Below, in pieces: positions 39,227 to 46,206 of a stretch of 51,743 nucleotides of DNA. The notes under the pieces are model-generated. The model was not told where the DNA came from. It did not search any database and saw only the letters and a list, made by a program, of their open reading frames with translations. Positions within the stretch are counted from its first letter, which is position 1; each line of letters begins with the position of its first letter. The position numbers and the translations under genes were made by a program. The stretch is from a virus (lineage: Duplodnaviria > Caudoviricetes): positions 1 through 51,743 of IMG/VR virus record IMGVR_UViG_3300021197_001176; one strand, written 5' to 3'.

Positions 39227-39636
39227 GCAATCACCTCAGTTTCTTTTACGACAAAAGAAGGGAATATCTGATGTACTCTTTCTAACAATGCTTGACATAC
39301 TCCACAATCTTCATCATACATATCAATTAAATCGGTATTTTCTTCAATTTGTGCTAAGTAATAATTACTTGTTAGATAATTCATAACCATTTTCTTTGTC
39401 AAAGGCGTAATAGGGCCTGTATTATATTCCCAATCGTGAATTGCCTGTTTAGCATCAGATTTGGATATAACTTCTTCACTATAATAATCCGGTCTGCCTA
39501 CATTAGTAATATAACCGATAAGCATGGCTATATCTGTATCATCTAAAACCGATGGTGTCGGTCTTACAGTCATCATTATTCTTCCGTTTTGTCTCTCGCA
39601 TATTTCACCGTGTCTGCCGTGTCTCGTTCTTGTCAT
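39223..39636 (-). CDS. Hypothetical protein
   Basis: Class II promoter and GGAGTGA RBS upstream. Confidence 0.55.
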   Translation of the reverse strand: MTRTRHGRHGEICERQNGRIMMTVRPTPSVLDDTDIAMLIGYITNVGRPDYYSEEVISKSDAKQAIHDWEYNTGPITPLTKKMVMNYLTSNYYLAQIEENTDLIDMYDEDCGVCQALLERVHQIFPSFVVKETEVIA

Positions 39637-39713
39637 ATATCTCACTCCTTTTTCATTCTATTTAACTATACCGTTTGTGATTCCTAAGCGTCATTTTTGT
39701 AGTCAGTCTTAGG

Positions 39714-39745
39714 AGTAAGTAGAGGGTACTACCCCTCTACTTACT
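39714..39745 (-). terminator. Perfect 13-bp hairpin downstream of the DUF932-like gene
   Basis: AGTAAGTAGAGGG-TACTAC-CCCTCTACTTACT. Confidence 0.6.
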
Positions 39746-39757
39746 TTTACGATAATT

Positions 39758-40747
39758 CTAAGCGTACATCTCCGTGATAGTCTCCCATGCGTTTGACTTC
39801 ATTCTTGCACCCGACCCTACGATTGCTGATTCTACTTTGCTATCGCTTGATTTGCCGTCTTTGGTATGACTCCAAGAATGGTCGATGTATTCGGTAGCCA
39901 CATTGAAAGCCGCCCATGCACTATTTTCCATGCCGTTGATAGTATTCGTATCTGATGTTTCTAAGTCTAACAAAGTGGTTAGAGTATTTTGACCTCTAGT
40001 GCCTAATCCGTAAGGGTTGTTAGCATCATAATCTTTGCCGCCCTTCATCATATCTTCATTTTGTTTTAGCCCTAAAGTATCTATGTAGAAATTAATTCTC
40101 TCATCTTGAGACATTTCAACATTGATTAATTGTGTCGCTGTTTCCATGAATGTCTGATTGAGATGGTCTACAATTTTTAGAGCCTCTACCAATTGTGCAA
40201 TCCTATCTTCTTGTCGTGCTGAATGTCTGATAGTTAGAGCATTTTTATTGATACCCATTTTATTCAATAGACTTTGCATATATGTAAATTGATTACTGCA
40301 AGCAATTCTTACATTTGAGGGTAAAATACGGATGCCGCCCGAACCGTCATTTGTGTTCATCAGCATTATGTACTGCTCTACATCATCCATCCCACCGATA
40401 GAGAATCCTTCCGGCATCTTAAAAGATGCTACGATTTTTCTACCATTATCTACAAGTCCAATCCTATCCCAAATTACTTTTTCTCTTTTTACCAAATCGT
40501 CAGATATGTTTAACAGTCTTTCATTTTGCATAACTTTGTATGTGCCTTTTACGACACCAAAAGTCTCATCGGTATCTTCTCTAAATGTCCTAAATTGGTT
40601 AGGTATAACCTTACCATCTTTAGTATAGATAGATTCCATACCTATATTGAAATCGGCATTTGCATTCTGCAATACCTCTTTCACAGTCGTTCCTTGTGCT
40701 TCTTTTCCAAATCGGGCATAAGCCCCTAGCATATTTCTCATACTCAT
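39758..40747 (-). CDS. DUF932 (TIGR03299-like) phage/plasmid protein
   Basis: FGVV...Y.VMQNE, NTNDGSG, RIACSNQ, IRHS, AWAAFNVATEYIDH. Confidence 0.85.
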   Translation of the reverse strand: MSMRNMLGAYARFGKEAQGTTVKEVLQNANADFNIGMESIYTKDGKVIPNQFRTFREDTDETFGVVKGTYKVMQNERLLNISDDLVKREKVIWDRIGLVDNGRKIVASFKMPEGFSIGGMDDVEQYIMLMNTNDGSGGIRILPSNVRIACSNQFTYMQSLLNKMGINKNALTIRHSARQEDRIAQLVEALKIVDHLNQTFMETATQLINVEMSQDERINFYIDTLGLKQNEDMMKGGKDYDANNPYGLGTRGQNTLTTLLDLETSDTNTINGMENSAWAAFNVATEYIDHSWSHTKDGKSSDSKVESAIVGSGARMKSNAWETITEMYA

Positions 40748-40748
40748 T

Positions 40749-41081
40749 TTATTTATCTCCTTTTTTATTTATTTTTTCGTTTTCTTCTGTTGGTGTGGGT
40801 ACTTCTCCCACAAAACTAACTAATTTCTCATTAGTTATAAGTGCTTCCTTCTCGCTTCTTAAGCGTCTAATCTCACTTTGTCTTACAGCCATATTCATAA
40901 TTGCTCTCGCTTCTTCTTTTCTTTCAGATTCATTATACTTATCTTTAGCATAATTACTTTTAGCCCTAATCAAAGGTGCGTTTGCATCGTACTTACTAAC
41001 TATTGTTTTCATCGTAGCATTTTTATGAGTATTGACTGTAAAGTCAAAATCTTGTAATGCTTCTATCGGTGTTTTTCTCAT
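40749..41081 (-). CDS. Hypothetical protein
   Basis: GGAGA RBS. Confidence 0.55.
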   Translation of the reverse strand: MRKTPIEALQDFDFTVNTHKNATMKTIVSKYDANAPLIRAKSNYAKDKYNESERKEEARAIMNMAVRQSEIRRLRSEKEALITNEKLVSFVGEVPTPTEENEKINKKGDK

Positions 41082-41222
41082 ATTAATTTCTCCTAACGTA
41101 ATCTATCACTTTTTTCATTAATTCCTTCCACTCTATAATATGCTTATCATCTATCCTCGATGTGTATTTTATCATATTAATTTCTCCTTTTTCTTTTTAC
41201 TTAAATCTATTCTTCTTGACTC

Positions 41223-41462
41223 TTAAGCGTCATCACTATTTTCTTGAACGTGATTTTCTAATTCGTACCAATTGATATTACCCAAATCAATGAAATCTGA
41301 AAAGAAATTACCGTAAGCAATAGATTCTTGAATTGCTTCGACTTCTTGTTCTAGTGTCTCTTTTATGAAATCTAAATCTGCTTTTCCTCTTGGCTCAAAA
41401 TGTAAATTAATAAGCCATGTTTCTCTATTTGTCCATCCGTTGTAATCCGTTCTATTCGTCAT
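41223..41462 (-). CDS. Conserved-type phage hypothetical protein (YNGWTN.ETW motif)
   Basis: YNGWTNRETW N-terminus and INW.EL C-terminus; class II promoter upstream. Confidence 0.65.
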   Translation of the reverse strand: MTNRTDYNGWTNRETWLINLHFEPRGKADLDFIKETLEQEVEAIQESIAYGNFFSDFIDLGNINWYELENHVQENSDDA

Positions 41463-41493
41463 ATTTCTAACTCCTTCTTCATCTTATTTAAGT

Positions 41494-41754
41494 CTACTCT
41501 TCTTGAGTCTTAAGCGTATCTTGGTCGAATGTATCTTTTGAATATAGAGACTTTAAGTGTGCCGTGTATATTCCATCAATTTCATTTAATTCTTCTATTA
41601 ATCTAATGTATATTGCTGATACATTTCCTTCACCCATTAAATCCCTAGTCCCGTTTTCAAGGTTTTCTAGGTCTTGAAAGAATTGCTCTTTCATATCTTT
41701 TTGGTGTTTCATCATTTCTTCGTTCTTAAACGGTATTAGTGCTTCTTGGCTCAT
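41494..41754 (-). CDS. Hypothetical protein
   Basis: Class II promoter upstream. Confidence 0.55.
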   Translation of the reverse strand: MSQEALIPFKNEEMMKHQKDMKEQFFQDLENLENGTRDLMGEGNVSAIYIRLIEELNEIDGIYTAHLKSLYSKDTFDQDTLKTQEE

Positions 41755-42186
41755 AAACTAAACTATATGTGCTAGTATTTAAGCCTGTCGTTTGTGAGTC
41801 TTAAGCGTCATTTTTAGTTTTGTAGGCAGTTTTATTTTTCGGATTTCATAATGTTTTGTAGGCATCTTTAGTGATTTTAACTGCTTATAAACTACGCAAA
41901 AAATGTTTTGTAGTCAGTCTTACACTTATCTAGGAGTGCCTACAAAACTTTATCTTAAAAATAAAAAAAGTGGGATGCACCCGAAATGGATGCACCCCGA
42001 AAGGTATTTTGACCTTAAAAGAAAGTCCTCTTCCGAACCTAATGCCGGAAGGCTTTCTTTTCTTTTTCGTTAAATGTAAAAGCAGTTTCCGAAAGTTTTC
42101 GCCTACTCGTCAATAGGTTATTCACAATCTCGCATCATACTTAGGATGCAGCCCGAAATCAACGCTCAACGGGCGGGAGTGGGATT

Positions 42187-42309
42187 TTAGAATTGATTTG
42201 CATTCAATCCTAAGTCGTCAATCATTTGTCTAGCCCAAAGGGTTAGAGCCGGATTTGAGTTTCTCAAATCTTTTCGATTCTGTAATGTGGGGCGTAAATC
42301 TTTAGCCAT
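42187..42309 (-). CDS. Micro-protein (40 aa, MAKDLRPTL...QMIDDLGLNANQF)
   Basis: Start abuts upstream stop (TAAATG). Confidence 0.5.
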   Translation of the reverse strand: MAKDLRPTLQNRKDLRNSNPALTLWARQMIDDLGLNANQF

Positions 42310-42381
42310 TTATTTTCGCCCCCAATATAATTTACCTGCTTTCGTGTCGTCAATCATTTGCTGTAATTCTTCGGTTGTCAT
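42310..42381 (-). CDS. Micro-protein (23 aa, MTTEELQQMIDDTKAGKLYWGRK)
   Basis: Class II promoter plus AGGAGA RBS. Confidence 0.55.
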   Translation of the reverse strand: MTTEELQQMIDDTKAGKLYWGRK

Positions 42382-42454
42382 ATTCTGTTTCTCCTACAAT
42401 TTATTCTTATTCTTTATCTTATTTAATACACTCGTTTGTGATTCTTAAGCGTCT

Positions 42455-42652
42455 TTAATACATCTCCTTAATCGATAATTGGGAATTACCGGATGAATCT
42501 TCAACACTAGTAAAATCTATTGCGACAGTAGCATTTCTACTAAGTCTTTTTACTCCTAGATTTTCTCTCTCATTTTTCTTAAATCTTTTTATTTGCTTCT
42601 CTAAGTCATGGATATTCCATACCCCATATATCTCTTTTTTGTTTTGGCTCAT
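42455..42652 (-). CDS. Hypothetical protein
   Basis: Class II promoter plus AGGAGA RBS. Confidence 0.6.
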   Translation of the reverse strand: MSQNKKEIYGVWNIHDLEKQIKRFKKNERENLGVKRLSRNATVAIDFTSVEDSSGNSQLSIKEMY

Positions 42653-42699
42653 ATTTAATTCTCCTTTTTCATTTTATTTAATATACTCGTTCTTGATTC

Positions 42700-42858
42700 T
42701 TAAGCGTCTTTTAGGTCGTATTCTAACTCATTTAATTTCTCTCTTAGAATTGAGTATAGACTCACTCTTTGAGTCCAATTTAATTTGTTTTCCAAATCAC
42801 CTAATTCCTTTTGAAATGTGTATTCTAAGTTTTCTGCTGCTGTAATATCTGATACCAT
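42700..42858 (-). CDS. Micro-protein (52 aa, MVSDITAAEN...YDLKDA), absent from ORF track
   Basis: Class II promoter plus AGGAGA RBS; stop codon lies within the next promoter motif. Confidence 0.6.
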   Translation of the reverse strand: MVSDITAAENLEYTFQKELGDLENKLNWTQRVSLYSILREKLNELEYDLKDA

Positions 42859-42905
42859 ATTTATTTCTCCTTTCTCATTTTATTTAATACCCTCGATTCT
42901 GATTC

Positions 42906-43490
42906 TTAAGCGTTGCAGTTTTCACAAATAATCCTCGCTTTGAAAAAATGTTCTTCGGGTAATTTGTATTTTATATCATCGGCATGGATTTTTGAAGCCG
43001 ATATTACAGGACTGATTTTTTGACATGATGAACAAACTCCATCATATTTTAAGAATTGAAAATGTGGGACTGATTTTACTTTTACCGCATTTTCTAATTC
43101 CCAATTTGCTACGGTTCTTTTGAGTGGGATATTTTCTTTTCGGGCAATTTTAACAATTTTTATTTTATCCTGCATAGCATCGAAAATATATTCTGATTTT
43201 GAAAGAGGATTATAATTATTGAAATCGTGATTATTGATTGCATTGATTTTGATTTTTGACATTCTCGATTGAGAACAATTCGGTAAATGCTGACGGATTG
43301 GACAGCCGCATTTTCTAGTACCTTTGAAATTAGGATTTTTTGAACCGATTCTATTTTGAATCCAAGTTTCTGATTTTTTACCTGACCCGCCTTTTTTACC
43401 TCTACTAGAAGCGACAGGACATTTTTCACCTTCGGGGTGTATTCTACCTTTACAGGCTTTATATCTGCATGGTTTTCTGACTTTACTCAT
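42906..43490 (-). CDS. Basic Cys/His-rich DNA-binding protein with degenerate HNH-like C-terminus
   Basis: C..C...H.....C, GSKNPNFKG, CGC...H...C, CSSC...IHADDI...ICENCN. Confidence 0.55.
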   Translation of the reverse strand: MSKVRKPCRYKACKGRIHPEGEKCPVASSRGKKGGSGKKSETWIQNRIGSKNPNFKGTRKCGCPIRQHLPNCSQSRMSKIKINAINNHDFNNYNPLSKSEYIFDAMQDKIKIVKIARKENIPLKRTVANWELENAVKVKSVPHFQFLKYDGVCSSCQKISPVISASKIHADDIKYKLPEEHFFKARIICENCNA

Positions 43491-44308
43491 AAATTATAAT
43501 ATATTCTCATAGTATATATACTTAACCCATTCCTGCATCATTGGTTTTGTAGGCGGCTTTTTAGTGGTTTTTTTGAGATATTCAATGTTTTGTAGTCGTA
43601 CATACCGAATTATTATTTTTCAGAAAAAAGAAATTATTTTTATTTCATATAAAAGTTTTGTAGTCAGCGTTATATTTTCTTAAGACCGCCTACAAAACAT
43701 TACTTAGTGCATATATTACACTTGATGAGTTTTTAGCACTAACTTACATTCACAACACCGGAATTGTTTTGTAGGCAGTAGTTTTGTAGGCACTTTTTGA
43801 GTGGTTTACTTTTTGCACCGCCGCAGTACAGCGTTTTTTTTGTTTTGTAGGCAGCAAAAATAATCTCCGAATAGGTGGGTCTTGACAGACCTAATTTGAA
43901 GTGCCTACAAAATGTTTTGTAGGCGAAAATCGCATATATCATTTTGCCTATACCAGATGGGCTGAAGGTATATATACTTAACTATATAAATACCTCAATG
44001 TTTTGTAGGCAGCAAAAACGGTAAAAAATCTGCATTAAGTGTAAAAAGTAAACTAAGTGTAAAAAAAACACTAGATAACAAAAATAAACTTGTTTTGTAG
44101 GCAACGCTAAAAAGTGCTAAGACTGACTACAAAACGCCTACCGGCAGGTTTATATAGTCAAACATAGACGGAAGGTTGTGCGAAACACCCAAAATATTTC
44201 GACTGATGAATGTTTTGTAGGCACCACTAAACACAAACAAAAACCCCCGCCTAAAGGCGGGTAAAAAAGACCACCTACAAAACGTTTTGTAGGCAGTATA
44301 AAATAAAT

Positions 44309-44336
44309 AAAAAAAAGGTGGGCTTTCGCCCTAACC
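44309..44336 (-). terminator. Hairpin (GGGC-GAAA-GCCC) plus T-run
   Basis: Directly at the stop of 44331-44501. Confidence 0.7.
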
Positions 44337-44501
44337 TTCTTCATCCAACATTTTTTGGATTTCTTCATATATTTTGTCTCTTTTTTCTTCGGGTAGTTGA
44401 CAAAAATCACAAACTACCTCTTCGGGTTCGGGTTCGCCCCAAACATCTACATTCGTTCCACATTCAAAGCATTGTTCAACCATATGTACGCCCCACGCCA
44501 T
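44331..44501 (-). CDS. Zinc-finger micro-protein (56 aa), absent from ORF track
   Basis: CFEC...CDFC; class I promoter 19 nt upstream, hairpin and T-run downstream. Confidence 0.7.
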   Translation of the reverse strand: MAWGVHMVEQCFECGTNVDVWGEPEPEEVVCDFCQLPEEKRDKIYEEIQKMLDEEG

Positions 44502-44659
44502 GATTAACCCTACGTTTAGAGGTATATATACTTATCTATGGAGTCTATCTAATGTTTTGTAGGCAGCCTTAGCATAATCTAAAGACGACTACAAAATATG
44601 TTTTGTAGTCGGGAACGTTGTAGAACAACCTTGGTGCCTACAAAATAATACAATTAAAT

Positions 44660-44695
44660 AAAAAAAAGGGATAAGACGGTCGCCCGAAGGCGACC
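44660..44695 (-). terminator. C(UUCG)G hairpin plus T-run
   Basis: Minus strand GGTCGCC-TTCG-GGCGACC then a T-run, after 44707-45003. Confidence 0.75.
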
Positions 44696-44706
44696 CCCTA
44701 ATCCGT

Positions 44707-45003
44707 TTAAGGTAGAATGTGATTTTCAATCCATTCTGCTGCTTTGCTATTATTCCAATCGTGTTCATCTTTGGCCTCATCATAAAAATGAGATAGCATA
44801 TTCTTTAGAGTTGTGATTCTTACTCTAGTAGATTTATTTTCAAAATCTTCAATGCAATCTCCCGCATCAATAGAATCTAACATAATTGCATAAATCTCCA
44901 TTTCTTCAGTCGTTTCTTTTACCATATTTTTTCTTGTAGTCATTACTTTTTTCACCCCCGTTTTTTTCAGCCCTTTGGGCAAATTGTCCTCAGCATACAC
45001 CAT
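44707..45003 (-). CDS. Hypothetical cassette protein
   Basis: 98-aa ORF bounded by 42-bp elements and a terminator. Confidence 0.6.
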   Translation of the reverse strand: MVYAEDNLPKGLKKTGVKKVMTTRKNMVKETTEEMEIYAIMLDSIDAGDCIEDFENKSTRVRITTLKNMLSHFYDEAKDEHDWNNSKAAEWIENHILP

Positions 45004-45102
45004 ATATATACCTGCCGGTACAGTACCCTCAATGTTTTGTAGGCACCCTTAACAGAATCTAAAGGCGACTACAAAATATTTTGTAGGCAGCCGCCGCAGG
45101 AT

Positions 45103-45165
45103 AAAAAAAGTTGCCCCGCACCCACGAATAAAAGGTGCGAGGTCTTGGGCTTTCGTTGTTATTTT
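45103..45165 (-). terminator. Conserved 3' leader plus hairpin plus T-run, copy 1
   Basis: Stem CCTCGCACC/GGTGCGGGG; shares 28 bp with copy 2. Confidence 0.7.
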
Positions 45166-45167
45166 AT

Positions 45168-45515
45168 TTATCTAAGAATTGGGATTTCGCTACCTGTTGA
45201 AAAATCCCAAATTGCTTTCTGATTGTTTCTTTTGGCTACTCTCAAAGCGACCTCGATGTTTGAATAAATTGCTATTGGGTCAAAAACAATTTTTGAATTA
45301 TTAGGATTATTTTTTGACAATCCTAATTTTTCAGTCCACACACCAACATAATTTGCTTTTGGGTATTTTTCAAGTACGGCCAAAAACATAAATAATGTGT
45401 GGTCTTGTGAGTGAGTTGCGAAAGCATCTCCCTTTTCTAAACCAACCGCATATCCTGCGGTTGGAGTTGCTGGCATTCCATTACGGTAGTATGTCCCGTC
45501 TGCTATTTGTCGCAT
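45168..45515 (-). CDS. Cassette protein, weak resemblance to phage SAM-lyase-like folds
   Basis: GYAVG, YVGVW, A.RVAKRNNQKAIWDF; class I promoter 19 nt upstream. Confidence 0.6.
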   Translation of the reverse strand: MRQIADGTYYRNGMPATPTAGYAVGLEKGDAFATHSQDHTLFMFLAVLEKYPKANYVGVWTEKLGLSKNNPNNSKIVFDPIAIYSNIEVALRVAKRNNQKAIWDFSTGSEIPILR

Positions 45516-45748
45516 ATATCGAGGACCGTATGCCGGTATATATACTTATTGTTTTTGTTGGTGTAATGTTTTGTAGTCAGTCAAAATAAAAAATAAAGAA
45601 GCCTACAAATATATTTTGTAGGCACCACAAAAAAAGTGCCTCACACCCCACCTATTTACGAATAAATAAAGATGCCTACAAAATTGCTAATATGTTTTGT
45701 AGTCAGACTTAGACAAGTGTAAAGGTGCCTACAAAACTAAGTGGTAAG

Positions 45749-45820
45749 AAAAAAAATGCCCCGACACACAATGCCCGAATAAATGCGTGTGTCGAGGACT
45801 TGGGCTTTCGTTGTTATTTT
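45749..45820 (-). terminator. Conserved 3' leader plus hairpin plus T-run, copy 2
   Basis: Stem CCTCGACACA/TGTGTCGGGG. Confidence 0.7.
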
Positions 45821-45828
45821 TTCAGTTT

Positions 45829-45948
45829 TTAATCCTTGTGCAATTCTTCAAATAGTTCCGCTATTTCATTAAAATGCTCATCTAATATTTTTTGCATTTC
45901 TTTTATTTCATTTTCTAATTTATGCATTTCATCTTTTAGGTTTCCCAT
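45829..45948 (-). CDS. Acidic coiled-coil micro-protein (39 aa), absent from ORF track
   Basis: MGNLKDEMHKLENEIKEMQKILDEHFNEIAELFEELHKD; class I promoter 20 nt upstream. Confidence 0.7.
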   Translation of the reverse strand: MGNLKDEMHKLENEIKEMQKILDEHFNEIAELFEELHKD

Positions 45949-46169
45949 GTATCTTCATAGAAGGGTACGGTATATATACTTATTGTTTAATTATTTTATT
46001 GTTTTGTAGTCAGTTTTGTAGTCAGTTTTTCTTTTTGTTTTTTAATTTTGTAGGCAGACCTAGACTTTGTTAAAGATGACTACAAAACAAACCCCCAATA
46101 CCTAATGTTTTGTAGGCAGCGTTAGATAATTACAAGAGTGCCTACAAAACTTAACGTCATAAAGAATAG

Positions 46170-46196
46170 ACCCCCCTCTAAAGAGGGGGGTTTTTT
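46170..46196. terminator. GC-rich hairpin ACCCCCCTC-TAAA-GAGGGGGGT
   Basis: Just past the stop of 46207-46995; the T-run is on the plus-strand side. Confidence 0.6.
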
Positions 46197-46206
46197 GTAG
46201 GCACCC

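Larger units (their letters stand above)
25551..42913 (-). promoter_or_regulatory. Class II promoter motif GACGCTT(A/T)AGA-N16-TTAAATA-like, 13 copies
   Basis: Cores at 25551, 33007, 35691, 36943, 38725, 39682, 40857, 41221, 41508, 41799, 42443, 42698, 42904; constant 16-nt gap to a TATA-like box. Confidence 0.85.
43511..45982 (-). promoter_or_regulatory. Class I promoter motif TAAGTATATATAC(C), 5 copies
   Basis: 43511-43524, 43967-43980, 44521-44534, 45535-45548, 45969-45982; four end 19-20 nt before an ATG. Confidence 0.8.

Noticed and set aside
42095-42120. Hammerhead-like TTGACGAG...CGAAA on the minus strand
   Set aside because: The core deviates, flanking stems were not found, and a simple hairpin explains the sequence
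43739-43942. ORF-track 67-aa protein
   Set aside because: It is translated repeat DNA (recurring AYK and CLQN peptides), and its distance from the promoter differs from that of true cassette genes
44180-44212. Hammerhead ribozyme suggested by CGAAAC and CTGATGA
   Set aside because: The required stems I-III cannot be formed
44150-44783. ORF-track entries 44150-44410, 44318-44503 and 44589-44783
   Set aside because: They cross terminators and repeats; the 44331-44501 reading fits the promoter and terminator much better
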